DNA from: an uncultured bacterium
GTDB lineage: Bacteria > Patescibacteriota > Patescibacteriia > CAIQCM01
Direction of reading: 5' to 3'
DNA: 60,781 nucleotides
Assembly (NCBI GenBank): GCA_963708045.1
Contig: OY970181.1
Span: 1,127,443-1,188,223 of the forward strand
Shown here: in pieces, positions 46,110 to 55,264 of the stretch
How positions within the stretch are numbered: position 1 is the stretch's first letter
How the letters are laid out: every line of letters begins with the position of its first letter
Notes under the pieces: generated by a model
What the model saw: the letters and a program-made list of their open reading frames with translations, nothing else
Told to the model about the DNA's origin: nothing
The model's database searches: none
Position numbers and translations under genes: made by a program

Positions 46110-47441
46110 ATGAAAATAAAAACAAACCTGCCTTCCATCGCCATCGTCGGCCGCGTGAACGTTGGGAAATCAACCCTCTTTAATCGCCTTGCCGAAGAAC
46201 GCAAGGCGCTCGTTTCAACCGTTCCCGGAACAACCCGCGACCGCGCTTTTGGATCGGTCATTTGGCGCGGAAAAATGTTTATCGCCGTGGACACGGCTGG
46301 CATTGACGTGCCGGAAATTGAATTGCGCGACAAAGTCCGGAAACAAGTCTTAATTGCCATGCGTGACGCCGACCAAATCCTGATGGTCGTGGACGTGACC
46401 TCCAGTTCCCCGACCGTGGAAGATCGCGAACTCATCAAACTAATTCGCAATAGCAACAAACCGATTATCCTCGGCATTAACAAATGCGACGGACCAAACC
46501 GGCGCACCGAGGCGGAAAGCGGCGTTTGGAAACAGCTAGGTATAGAAAGTATTTGTTCATTTTCCGCGATCAACGGCACTGGCATCGGCGACATGCTGGA
46601 CGTCGCGATGAAAAATTTTAACAAATTAAAACGCAAGATGCCGCTTGCCGAAGAAAAACCGGCGACCAAGTTGGCCTTTATCGGCCAACCCAACGTTGGC
46701 AAATCATCAATTGTAAACGCGCTCTTAGGCGAAGAGCGGGTCGTGGTTTCGGATTTTCCCGGCACCACCCGCGAGCCGATTGACACCTTTGTTCTTTTTG
46801 ACAAACAACCATTCCTGATTATTGACACTGTCGGCATTCGGCGAAAAGCCAAAGCTTCACTAGAAGCAACTGGCGTCAAACGCTCGCTTGAAGCGGCGCA
46901 CCTCGCCGACGTTGTTGCTTTGGTTTTGGACGCCACGCGCCCACCAACAACTCAAGACCGCAGCTTGGCTGGCGAACTTGTCGGCGCTGGCAAGGGCGCA
47001 ATGATCATCATTAACAAGTGGGATCTCGTACCCGACAAAACCACCAAAACCATGAACGAGTACCGCGATATGATTCGCGCCTATTTCCCATTTATGGACT
47101 GGGTGCCGATTGTTTTTGTTTCCGCTAAAACCACCGAAAAGGTCAATGATATTTTTTCCAGAACAATGATGATCGCGACCGAACGTGCCAAAACGATTCC
47201 CCAAGAAAAACTGGATCAATTCTTGCGCCTTGTTCAAACTTCGCGCACCAAAGGAATGGGCGTTGCTCACCCAAAAACTTACCGCTTTGACCAAACCGGC
47301 ACCAATCCCCCAGCCTTCCTTTTGGTTGCCAAAGGCAAACTGTCTATTCCCGATGCCTATACAAACTTTTTGGAAAAACGCCTGCGTGAACGTTTTGGCT
47401 TTAACGGCACGCCGGTCAGAATGTTAACGAAGAAAGTGTAA
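46110..47441 (+). CDS. der: Ribosome biogenesis GTPase Der (EngA)
   Basis: Two GTPase domains (GRVNVGKS/DTAG; GQPNVGKS/DTVG, NKWD) plus KH-like C-terminus. Confidence 0.97.
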   Translation: MKIKTNLPSIAIVGRVNVGKSTLFNRLAEERKALVSTVPGTTRDRAFGSVIWRGKMFIAVDTAGIDVPEIELRDKVRKQVLIAMRDADQILMVVDVTSSSPTVEDRELIKLIRNSNKPIILGINKCDGPNRRTEAESGVWKQLGIESICSFSAINGTGIGDMLDVAMKNFNKLKRKMPLAEEKPATKLAFIGQPNVGKSSIVNALLGEERVVVSDFPGTTREPIDTFVLFDKQPFLIIDTVGIRRKAKASLEATGVKRSLEAAHLADVVALVLDATRPPTTQDRSLAGELVGAGKGAMIIINKWDLVPDKTTKTMNEYRDMIRAYFPFMDWVPIVFVSAKTTEKVNDIFSRTMMIATERAKTIPQEKLDQFLRLVQTSRTKGMGVAHPKTYRFDQTGTNPPAFLLVAKGKLSIPDAYTNFLEKRLRERFGFNGTPVRMLTKKV

Positions 47442-47525
47442 GCATGAAGCATGAAACACGCAACATAAAACACGGTTGCGCCATGCATCAAACGGATGGT
47501 TCATGTTTCATGGTTCATGTTTCAT
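47441..47525. repeat. CATG-family heptamer repeats in inverted arms
   Basis: gcatgaa-gcatgaa-acacgca ... atggttc-atgtttc-atggttc-atgtttc. Confidence 0.8.
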
Positions 47526-47536
47526 AAAAACTAACT

Positions 47537-48109
47537 ATGAACTACTTAGTTGTGGGTCTAGGAAACCCTGGCAGAGAATACGACAGGACACGACACAATG
47601 TCGGCTTTGCTGCGGCCGACCTGCTTTCGGAAAAGCTTGGTGCGGTTAAAGTAAAAACAAAATTACTTGCTTCGGCCAGCCGCGGCAAAAACAACGACGA
47701 TGATATTTTTATTTTAAAACCCGAGACGTTTATGAATCTTTCAGGCACGGCCGTTGTTCCGTTTGCCAAAACAAAAAAGATTCCGATGAAAAATATTATT
47801 GTTATTCACGATGAACTTGATCTCCCCTTTGGCGAAACACGACTCTCGGTTGGTTCTGGCGCCGCGGGACATAACGGCGTTAAGTCGCTCATAGAATCCT
47901 TTGGCGGAAAAGATTTTGCCCGCTTGCGCCTTGGCGTTGGTCCACGACCGGCAAATATTCCAGCCGACAAATTTGTGCTGGCTCGCTTTACGGCCGAAGA
48001 AGAAACCAAACTCCCCGAAATAATTACCCGTGCCGCCGAAGCTGTTCTTATTTATTTTGCCAAAGGCAAAAATAATAATGCCGAACTTTCCGGTCAGACA
48101 AATCTTTAA
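47537..48109 (+). CDS. pth: Peptidyl-tRNA hydrolase
   Basis: VGLGNPG.EY..TRHNVGF, KPETFMNLSG, HDELD, GHNGVKS. Confidence 0.98.
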   Translation: MNYLVVGLGNPGREYDRTRHNVGFAAADLLSEKLGAVKVKTKLLASASRGKNNDDDIFILKPETFMNLSGTAVVPFAKTKKIPMKNIIVIHDELDLPFGETRLSVGSGAAGHNGVKSLIESFGGKDFARLRLGVGPRPANIPADKFVLARFTAEEETKLPEIITRAAEAVLIYFAKGKNNNAELSGQTNL

Positions 48110-48959
48110 AAACGAAACGGACTATCCGCCGGCTTTTTTAGAGCTTCACGACCCGCCCAAATCTTTTTATTGCCGCGGCGAAGCAAGTCTTCTTTCTCAA
48201 ATCTCCGTTGCCGTGGTCGGCACGCGCCGCACATCGGAACATGGGCTCGTTGTGGCGCGCGATTTTTCCGAAAGCTTTGCGCGCGCCGGACTTACGATTG
48301 TTTCAGGCCTAGCTTTTGGTATTGATGCCGCTGCTCACGAAGGCGCCCTGGCCGCGCGTGGAAAAACCATTGCTGTTTTGGGTTCGGGAATTGACGACGA
48401 CGCTATTTATCCGCGCGGCAATTTTGAACTGGCGCGGCGAATTTTAAATAACAATGGGACAATTATTTCCGAAAATCCGCCTGGCACCAAACCGCGCGAA
48501 TGGGATTTTCCCAAACGCAATCGTTTGATCGCCGCCCTTGCCGACGCCACGGTAATTGTTGAGGCGCCAGAACGGAGCGGCGCGATTATTACCGCCAAAT
48601 ACGCCCTTGAGCTTGGCCGCGATGTTTATGCCGTGCCCGCCGATGCTTTGCGCGAGTCGGCGCTTGGTTCAAATCGCTTAATTGCGGACGGCGCACCGCC
48701 CTTGCTTTCGCCCAACGAAATCATAAAAAAGTTCGTCGGCGTGCAGTTAAAAATTGACGCCATTCAATTTGCCCCTCATAATCAGAATGAAGCGTTGATC
48801 ATTGGCCTATTAAAAACCAGCAGTTGCCACACCGACGAGCTCACCCTTAAGACCAACCTTCCGACCGCAACCATCTTGTCCACGCTCACCGCCATGGAAC
48901 TCCGCGGCGTTATCGTTGCAAGGGGAGGCGGACACTACGCCCTGCGGCATGAAACATGA
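48078..48959 (+). CDS. dprA: DNA-processing protein DprA
   Basis: AVVGTR, VSGLAFGIDAAAH, FPKRNRLIAAL, IVEAPERSGA..TA..ALELGR. Confidence 0.95.
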   Translation: MPNFPVRQIFKNETDYPPAFLELHDPPKSFYCRGEASLLSQISVAVVGTRRTSEHGLVVARDFSESFARAGLTIVSGLAFGIDAAAHEGALAARGKTIAVLGSGIDDDAIYPRGNFELARRILNNNGTIISENPPGTKPREWDFPKRNRLIAALADATVIVEAPERSGAIITAKYALELGRDVYAVPADALRESALGSNRLIADGAPPLLSPNEIIKKFVGVQLKIDAIQFAPHNQNEALIIGLLKTSSCHTDELTLKTNLPTATILSTLTAMELRGVIVARGGGHYALRHET

Positions 48960-49060
48960 AACACACAACACGAAGCATTATCGCGCCCCGAGGGCGCCAG
49001 TTGTTTCATGTTTCATGTTGCGTGTTTCATGCTTCATGCTTCATGCTTTATGTTTCATGC
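48948..49060. repeat. CATG-family heptamer repeats in inverted arms, overlapping the dprA stop and ending at the topA promoter region
   Basis: catgaaa-catgaaa-cacacaa-cacgaag ... atgtttc-atgttgc-gtgtttc-atgcttc-atgcttc-atgcttt-atgtttc; TTGACA at 49068. Confidence 0.85.
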
Positions 49061-49105
49061 AAACCCCTTGACAATCTCTCATATATAATATAGTAAGTCA
49101 TATTA

Positions 49106-51313
49106 ATGCCTGCCTCTAAACTCGTCATTGTTGAGTCCCCCACTAAAGCCAAAACCATTGGCCGCTTTTTGGGCAAAGATTTTATCGTCAAATCTTCCTT
49201 CGGCCACATCCGCGATTTACCAAAGGGAAAGCTTGGCGTGGACATTGAACACGATTTTGCCCCAACCTACGTTATTCCGACCAAAGCAAAAAAGACGGTC
49301 ACGGATTTAAAAAAGACCGCGGCCAAAGCCGATGAAATCTATTTCGCGACTGACGAAGACCGCGAAGGAGAAGCTATTTCTTGGCACTTAGCCGAAGTTT
49401 TGGGCGAAGACCCAGTCAAGCTAAAACGCATTACTTTTCACGAAATTACCGAACAAGCGATTTTGCACGCCATAAAAAACCCGCGCCGTCTTGACCTGAA
49501 AATGGTTGACGCCCAGCAAGCGCGCCGCATTTTGGATCGCTTGGTCGGCTACGAACTTTCCCCTTTTCTTTGGAAAAAAATTGCCCGCGGACTTTCGGCC
49601 GGACGCGTCCAGTCGGTTGCCGTTCGCCTGATTGTTGAACGCGAGCGCGAAATAAGCGCTTTTAAACCAGAAGAATATTGGACGGTTGAAGCCGAACTTG
49701 CCAAAACAAGCGGCGAAAAATTTTCGGCAAAACTTACAGCAATCGCCGGCAAAGCTTTAGAAAAATTTTCCCTAAAATCAAAAGCCGACGCCGACGTGAT
49801 CGTGTCCGAACTTAAAGACAATGCTGCGACGGTTACAAAAATTGACCGCCGCCGCGTTAAACGAACGCCAAATGCGCCGTTTACTACTTCCACTTTGCAA
49901 CAAGAAGCCAACCGCCGTTTGGGCTTTTCAGCCAAGCAAACGATGATGCTCGCGCAAAATCTTTACGAAGAAGGCTTTATTACCTATATGCGCACCGACT
50001 CGGTCAACCTCGCAGAAAAGTTTTTGACCGAAGCCGCCGTCTACGTTAAAGAAACGTTTGGCAAAGAATTTGCTTCCGCCGAACCGCGCAAATTTAAAGG
50101 CAAACAAAAGGGCGCGCAAGAAGCACACGAAGCTGTGCGTCCGACCGAAGCCAACCAGACGCCGGAATCGCTGGCAGGAAAAATTGAACCCGACCGCATT
50201 CGTCTTTACGATCTTATTTGGCGCCGCGCCCTTGCTTCGCAAATGAGCGAAGCCGAACTAGAACAAGTTTCGGTAGACTCTTTGGTTAAAGGAAAAAACG
50301 CAGAATATAATTTGCGCGCGAACGGCATGACCGTGGCTTTCGCCGGTTTTTATAAAGTTTATCCAACCGACACCAAAGAAACGATTTTGCCAGAACTGAG
50401 CGAAGGCGAAAAAACCGCCGTGGCCGAAGTTAATGGCGTTCAACACTTTACCGAACCAGCCGCGCGCTACTCCGACGCAACGCTTGTTAAAGCGCTAGAA
50501 GAATTTGGCATCGGCCGCCCATCCACTTACGCGCCGACGATCGCGACGATTATTGACCGCAACTACGTGGAACGAATTGAAAACCGCCGTCTTAAACCGA
50601 CCGAGATTGCCTTTGCCGTAAACGACCTTTTAGTCGCACACTTCCCCGAAATTGTTGACTACAACTTTACCGCGAAAATGGAAAACGAGCTGGACGAAAT
50701 CGCCGAAGGCAAACAAGAAATGGTGCCAATTCTTTCCGGCTTTTGGAAACCGTTTAAAGCCAACTTGGACAAAAAACAAATTGAGATCGCCGGAAAAATT
50801 ACCGACAAACCAACCGACCAAGTTTGCGACAAGTGCGGCAAACCAATGATTGAAAAAATGGGACGCTTTGGCCGCTTCCTTGCCTGCTCAGGCTACCCCG
50901 AATGCAAAAACACCAAACCAGTTCCGGGTTCGGTTGAAGACCAAAAAACCGACGAGGTGTGCCCAACCTGCGGCGCGCCAATGATGGTCAAACGCGGCCG
51001 CTTTGGCCCATTCCTCTCGTGTTCAAAATATCCCGAGTGCAAAACAATTAAAAAAATAGAAAAGAAAACCGGCGCCGCCTGCCCCAAGTGCGAAAAAGGC
51101 GAACTCGTTGAACGCCGCACCAAAACCAAACGAACTTTCTATTCCTGCAACCGCTACCCCGAATGCGACTTTGCCCTCTGGTCAAAACCAACCGGCGAAA
51201 AATGCCCCAAATGCCAATCACTCCTAGTCTTTGCCAAAGACTCAATGATTGCCTGCTCCAACAAAGAATGTGATTTTAAAAAAGAAGCTCCCGAAAAACC
51301 AATTACTGAATAA
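49106..51313 (+). CDS. topA: DNA topoisomerase I with three C-terminal zinc ribbons
   Basis: LVIVESPTKAK, ATDEDREGEAI, SAGRVQS, ITYMRTDS, AQEAHEA.RPT. Confidence 0.99.
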   Translation: MPASKLVIVESPTKAKTIGRFLGKDFIVKSSFGHIRDLPKGKLGVDIEHDFAPTYVIPTKAKKTVTDLKKTAAKADEIYFATDEDREGEAISWHLAEVLGEDPVKLKRITFHEITEQAILHAIKNPRRLDLKMVDAQQARRILDRLVGYELSPFLWKKIARGLSAGRVQSVAVRLIVEREREISAFKPEEYWTVEAELAKTSGEKFSAKLTAIAGKALEKFSLKSKADADVIVSELKDNAATVTKIDRRRVKRTPNAPFTTSTLQQEANRRLGFSAKQTMMLAQNLYEEGFITYMRTDSVNLAEKFLTEAAVYVKETFGKEFASAEPRKFKGKQKGAQEAHEAVRPTEANQTPESLAGKIEPDRIRLYDLIWRRALASQMSEAELEQVSVDSLVKGKNAEYNLRANGMTVAFAGFYKVYPTDTKETILPELSEGEKTAVAEVNGVQHFTEPAARYSDATLVKALEEFGIGRPSTYAPTIATIIDRNYVERIENRRLKPTEIAFAVNDLLVAHFPEIVDYNFTAKMENELDEIAEGKQEMVPILSGFWKPFKANLDKKQIEIAGKITDKPTDQVCDKCGKPMIEKMGRFGRFLACSGYPECKNTKPVPGSVEDQKTDEVCPTCGAPMMVKRGRFGPFLSCSKYPECKTIKKIEKKTGAACPKCEKGELVERRTKTKRTFYSCNRYPECDFALWSKPTGEKCPKCQSLLVFAKDSMIACSNKECDFKKEAPEKPITE

Positions 51314-51320
51314 TTTTTTC

Positions 51321-51352
51321 AAAACACCCGCTGTTTAGACAGCGGGTGTTTT
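51321..51352 (+). terminator. Terminator after topA
   Basis: aaaacacccgctgt-ttag-acagcgggtgtttt perfect stem. Confidence 0.85.
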
Positions 51353-51435
51353 ATTTTTCCCTCCCTTAAGGTAAGGGAGGGTAGGGTGGGTTATGATCTT
51401 TTTGGCAATCTCCCCTCTCCCAAAAACGGGAAACA

Positions 51436-52179
51436 TCATCTAGCCAATACACTATTTATCTTCGCACAAAACTCCGTCGTAAATTGTTGATCAACGGTAA
51501 GGCTGGTAAAATATTTATTTATATTTTCAACACCATTTATCAAATAAATCCAGGTTTTTTTACTATTAATATGAATTAAACCGTTTCGTGTAAAAACAAC
51601 CGCCTTGTTTATGATTAAATTATTAATATTATTTTTATTAAAAAATTGTTTTAATTTTTCACAATGTTCATCAGCTTCAAACCTAGGGTCTATGTTTATA
51701 GGCATTGGGAAACGCTGGCCGTCAATGCTGTAAAAGATTCGATTATCAAAAATTTCAAGATTATTTAATAAATTTTTTACCTCAAGAATGATTACACCTT
51801 TGGGTCCAACAATAAGCGCGTTGATATCAAATTTCCTTCCCGGAATTATAAAATTTTTATATAGCGTATAGCCAATTGGTAAAATCTTCTCTAGTTCAAA
51901 AAACATTAATTCTTCTCCTTTAATTCCAAGCTCAGCATTTTTAATATTATTAAAAAACTTGTCATCAATCCGATCTAATTTATTAACAATTTTATTATTT
52001 AACGGGTAATAAAAAAATCCGAGGATAAACAAAATTGACCCACTCAAACCAAGCCCTAATTTATAAGGCGATTCATTGCTAATATAACCAATATAAATTC
52101 CGATAAAAAACAGAACAATAATAAAAGGAATAAATATTTTTAGTCTATTTATCCAGATTATCTTTTTTGTATATCTCAT
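51436..52179 (-). CDS. NERD (nuclease-related domain) protein with two N-terminal TMs
   Basis: GIKGEE, DINALIVGPKGVIILEVK. Confidence 0.82.
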   Translation of the reverse strand: MRYTKKIIWINRLKIFIPFIIVLFFIGIYIGYISNESPYKLGLGLSGSILFILGFFYYPLNNKIVNKLDRIDDKFFNNIKNAELGIKGEELMFFELEKILPIGYTLYKNFIIPGRKFDINALIVGPKGVIILEVKNLLNNLEIFDNRIFYSIDGQRFPMPINIDPRFEADEHCEKLKQFFNKNNINNLIINKAVVFTRNGLIHINSKKTWIYLINGVENINKYFTSLTVDQQFTTEFCAKINSVLAR

Positions 52180-52206
52180 GTTTTATGGCTTAAACTAAAC
52201 TTATAT

Positions 52207-53274
52207 TTAATCACAAACTACGTAATGCAAGTATTCAAACGTCTTATTATTTTTAAAATTTCTATTTTCTGATTTATCCGCTTTAAACCTACTATATTCT
52301 TTCTTAAAAAATCCATACCTACCACGCAAGCTCATTATTTCTTTAATGTCATTTAAAGACATCAGTCCTTCGTTATTGTAACTTAAAAAAATATATTTTG
52401 CTTTTAATTTTAAAATTAAATCTTTAAACGAATTCTTTACGTTCGTTTTAGAACAATAGGATGATTTAATATTTTGATATTCGCGTAAGCCTGTCTTTCC
52501 GTGAATTTTTGGGTTGTCGTATTTTGCAATGGTTTCCAATAAATGATAATTCGTTGCGTATTGACGGTGATTATATGGCGGATCCAAATAAATAACATCG
52601 CCAGAAATTTTTTCCGCCAATTTATTTATATCTTCGTTATAAACATCGTGATCCTGATCATTAATTATCAACTCAGCCGGTTTTAAAACAAGATCTTTTT
52701 GAGCACTTGTTTTTAATTTTTTTAAAAATGCGCCATAGACGGATGCCGTATTAGCATATTTATCTATTGATCCAATCAAACTGGCCAACAAAAAGTAATA
52801 TTCGTTATCGGTTAATAACTTTTCTTTTTTCCAATATTCAATTTTTTGGCGAATCGTGTCACAACGCATTCCATTTTTATCAGAAAAATATTGACGCGTT
52901 TCTTTTTTATTTTTTGTTCCACCAAAACAATAATTTTTATAAATAAATCCGTTTTTCCCTTTTAAATTTGACAAAAGATCACAAACAAAACTTTTTCGGT
53001 CGTCAACCTTAACCCCTTTTAAGTCAGGGATTTCTTTTAGAAGTTTTAAAAATTTTAAAGGTTTATGATTTCCAATATAGTGCCTGTTCAAAACATAGCT
53101 ATAATATTGAATATCGTTAGCAATTATTTTTTTTCCCTTTCTTTTAAAATAACTTCCGACCATTCCCGTTCCAGCAAAAAGATCACAAAAAGTAACAAAA
53201 TTTTTACCAACTACTGTGGTAATTGAATCATCCAAAAAGTCTAACAGTGATAATTTACTACCAATATAATTCAT
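52207..53274 (-). CDS. m6A DNA methyltransferase, M.NlaIII/M.HpyI-like (probable CATG specificity)
   Basis: MNYIGSK, CDLFAGTG.VG, ANDIQYYS..LN..YIGN, YLDPPYN.RQY..NYHLLETIA; paired with an NlaIII-like REase. Confidence 0.88.
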   Translation of the reverse strand: MNYIGSKLSLLDFLDDSITTVVGKNFVTFCDLFAGTGMVGSYFKRKGKKIIANDIQYYSYVLNRHYIGNHKPLKFLKLLKEIPDLKGVKVDDRKSFVCDLLSNLKGKNGFIYKNYCFGGTKNKKETRQYFSDKNGMRCDTIRQKIEYWKKEKLLTDNEYYFLLASLIGSIDKYANTASVYGAFLKKLKTSAQKDLVLKPAELIINDQDHDVYNEDINKLAEKISGDVIYLDPPYNHRQYATNYHLLETIAKYDNPKIHGKTGLREYQNIKSSYCSKTNVKNSFKDLILKLKAKYIFLSYNNEGLMSLNDIKEIMSLRGRYGFFKKEYSRFKADKSENRNFKNNKTFEYLHYVVCD

Positions 53275-53277
53275 TTT

Positions 53278-53973
53278 TTATTCTTTTTCTTCTGGATATA
53301 ATTTTTTAAAAACTTGATCTACAGCCTCATTTGCCGATAATTCACTTATCTTCCTTACAATAACTTTTCTATACTCAACAGGATCGTATTGATAACACCC
53401 CTTACATCCCAGTTCCTCGGAATAATTTTCATCACCTATGTAAAAATCATATGGGTTACCTTTAATATTTTTTGCCTTCCATCGCTTGTTGGTTTCCTTA
53501 CAATTTTTACAAATTTGCCTTTTAATGTCATTTGCCGCTTTTGAAAGGGGTTGAAAATCAGTTAAATTTTGTTCGGTTAAATTTGAAAGCCTATGGTCAT
53601 TCTTTCTGCCATCTTTGTGATCAATTTCTATCTTTGTATTTTCGGACTTACCACTAACACCAAGCATTACGCAATTTTGTATCTTATAAAAATCTTTTAT
53701 GTCTTTTCTAATGTTCTGATTTAAAATTTTTTTGTTATTGAATCCAAACAACCGAACCCTGTTCATAGAATTTCCGTTTGTTATACTTTTATCAAATTGA
53801 ATGATATATTCTTTTGCTAGGCCAGAATTTGCTCGACACCAACTTCCACCGTTTCCAAGTTTAAGTTTTTTGTATTTATTAACGAATTCTGATACCGAAA
53901 CCCAACGACTTATGCCTTGTTTGTTGGGTGTCGCTAGTTCCAAAAACAATTCCTTTAATTCCTTTTTTGACAT
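53278..53973 (-). CDS. HNH restriction endonuclease, NlaIII/IceA1-like
   Basis: SRWVSV.EF, LGNGGSWCR, EIDHKDGRK, KRQICK.CKET, C.GCYQYDP..YRK. Confidence 0.88.
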   Translation of the reverse strand: MSKKELKELFLELATPNKQGISRWVSVSEFVNKYKKLKLGNGGSWCRANSGLAKEYIIQFDKSITNGNSMNRVRLFGFNNKKILNQNIRKDIKDFYKIQNCVMLGVSGKSENTKIEIDHKDGRKNDHRLSNLTEQNLTDFQPLSKAANDIKRQICKNCKETNKRWKAKNIKGNPYDFYIGDENYSEELGCKGCYQYDPVEYRKVIVRKISELSANEAVDQVFKKLYPEEKE

Positions 53974-53974
53974 A

Positions 53975-54763
53975 TTAAAATTTATTTTTGAAAATTAAGA
54001 TATATTCGTGTTTAAAAATGTAATAATCGCTTGAAAGCGCCCGATAACGCCAAATTCCCTCTTTGTTTTGTTTAGCACGGTTACCTTCCATATTCTTAAC
54101 TATTATACTCTTTAAAGTCAAACCTAGCTTTTGGGCTTCATTTAAACAATAAAACCCCAAAGGAATCCATTTCCCTTGAGTGTATTTGTCTCCTATTACT
54201 ATCGCTAGATATTGATCTTTTTCAAGAATTTCTATTGTATTACGCAGAACTAGAGAAAATTTTTCTAAGAATTCCTTTAAAGACCCCGCGTTAGATAAAT
54301 CTTCTTTTTTATCGCTAAATTTAATTATATCAGCATAAGGTGGGTGAAGTATAGCTAGTTGAACATTCGTTTTTTCCTTTGTCTTTAAAAAATCCTTTAT
54401 CCTATCTACTGTCCCAGTATGAGCGCTGTCGGCAACCAAAAGACCAGAAAAATAATTTTTATTATCAACTTTGTCTTTTATGTATTTTATAAGCTCGGGT
54501 TGAATATCAACACCGATAAAATTACGCCCTAAGTTTTCTGCTTCAAACGCCGTAGTTCCGCTTCCAACAAACGGGTCAAAAACAATATCATCCTTTTTTG
54601 TATATCTTAAAATTAACTGCCTCGGCACTTGCGGAACAAAATTTCCATGGTAAAAACCGCTATGTTTTCCAGATTTATCCCTTTCGTTTATAAGCCAAAG
54701 ACTATCAGTCAAAACTTCTGATTCTTTCCATTCATCTAAATTTAAATCATTGAAAATTGGCAT
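53975..54763 (-). CDS. Second amino-DNA methyltransferase (m6A or m4C)
   Basis: GNFVPQVP, DPFVGSGTT (motif I), HPPY (motif IV), HEYILIFK. Confidence 0.85.
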   Translation of the reverse strand: MPIFNDLNLDEWKESEVLTDSLWLINERDKSGKHSGFYHGNFVPQVPRQLILRYTKKDDIVFDPFVGSGTTAFEAENLGRNFIGVDIQPELIKYIKDKVDNKNYFSGLLVADSAHTGTVDRIKDFLKTKEKTNVQLAILHPPYADIIKFSDKKEDLSNAGSLKEFLEKFSLVLRNTIEILEKDQYLAIVIGDKYTQGKWIPLGFYCLNEAQKLGLTLKSIIVKNMEGNRAKQNKEGIWRYRALSSDYYIFKHEYILIFKNKF

Positions 54764-54910
54764 GATTTGAATTGTATTTTACTAAATTTTTCTTGATTTG
54801 ATAAGAGCTAAAGAAAAATCGGCACACGGATCGGATACCGACTTTCTAATCGTAGCGTATCTTTATTTTATTTGGATTAAAATGGACATCCAACGGTGTA
54901 AAAAGCATCC

Positions 54911-55222
54911 CTAAAAGTTAAACTTCGTGACAATTCTACCCCCTTTAAACTTAACCCCATCCGCCACCAACCTCTTCTTCTGCCCCTTCGCCCCGCCAAA
55001 CTTATATCCCTTCGCCAATCTCCCATCCGCCCGCACGACTTTGTAGCACGGAATTTCATCCGACCTCTCATTCTGCCGCAATATCCATCCGACATTCCTT
55101 GGATTAGCTATTCCAAACTTTTTCACGATCATTCCATAACTCACCACCTTCCCCTTGGGGAGGGATTTTAAAAATTTGAAAACAGAAAAAACCAAAATCT
55201 TAAATTTATTAATTTGGTACAT
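54911..55222 (-). CDS. Single-domain O6-alkylguanine alkyltransferase-like (MGMT family) protein
   Basis: GKVVSYG.I, PRNVG.IL..N, IPCYKVV...G...GY. Confidence 0.8.
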   Translation of the reverse strand: MYQINKFKILVFSVFKFLKSLPKGKVVSYGMIVKKFGIANPRNVGWILRQNERSDEIPCYKVVRADGRLAKGYKFGGAKGQKKRLVADGVKFKGGRIVTKFNF

Positions 55223-55239
55223 CAAAAAAATTTTCAAAT

Positions 55240-55262
55240 ATTAGACCTGACCCCGTTTATAA
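55240..55262 (-). repeat. Additional copy of the GGGTCA[A/G]GTC motif
   Basis: Minus strand tataaacggggtcaggtctaata aligns with the 6313-6338 and 4751-4774 copies. Confidence 0.65.
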
Positions 55263-55264
55263 TA

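Noticed and set aside
15254-49060. Short tandem repeats as CRISPR arrays
   Set aside because: Units are 7 nt and contiguous, with no 23-47-bp repeats separated by unique spacers, and there are no cas genes.
49068-49096. Consensus sigma70 promoter for topA
   Set aside because: TTGACA is present but candidate -10 hexamers lie at 10-15-nt spacing, so no specific promoter call is supported.
236-51245. Numerous 60-250-aa ORFs antisense to or nested in core genes (e.g. 16568-17206, 19934-20674, 46067-46936)
   Set aside because: Shadow frames of well-supported genes; no motifs or start signals.
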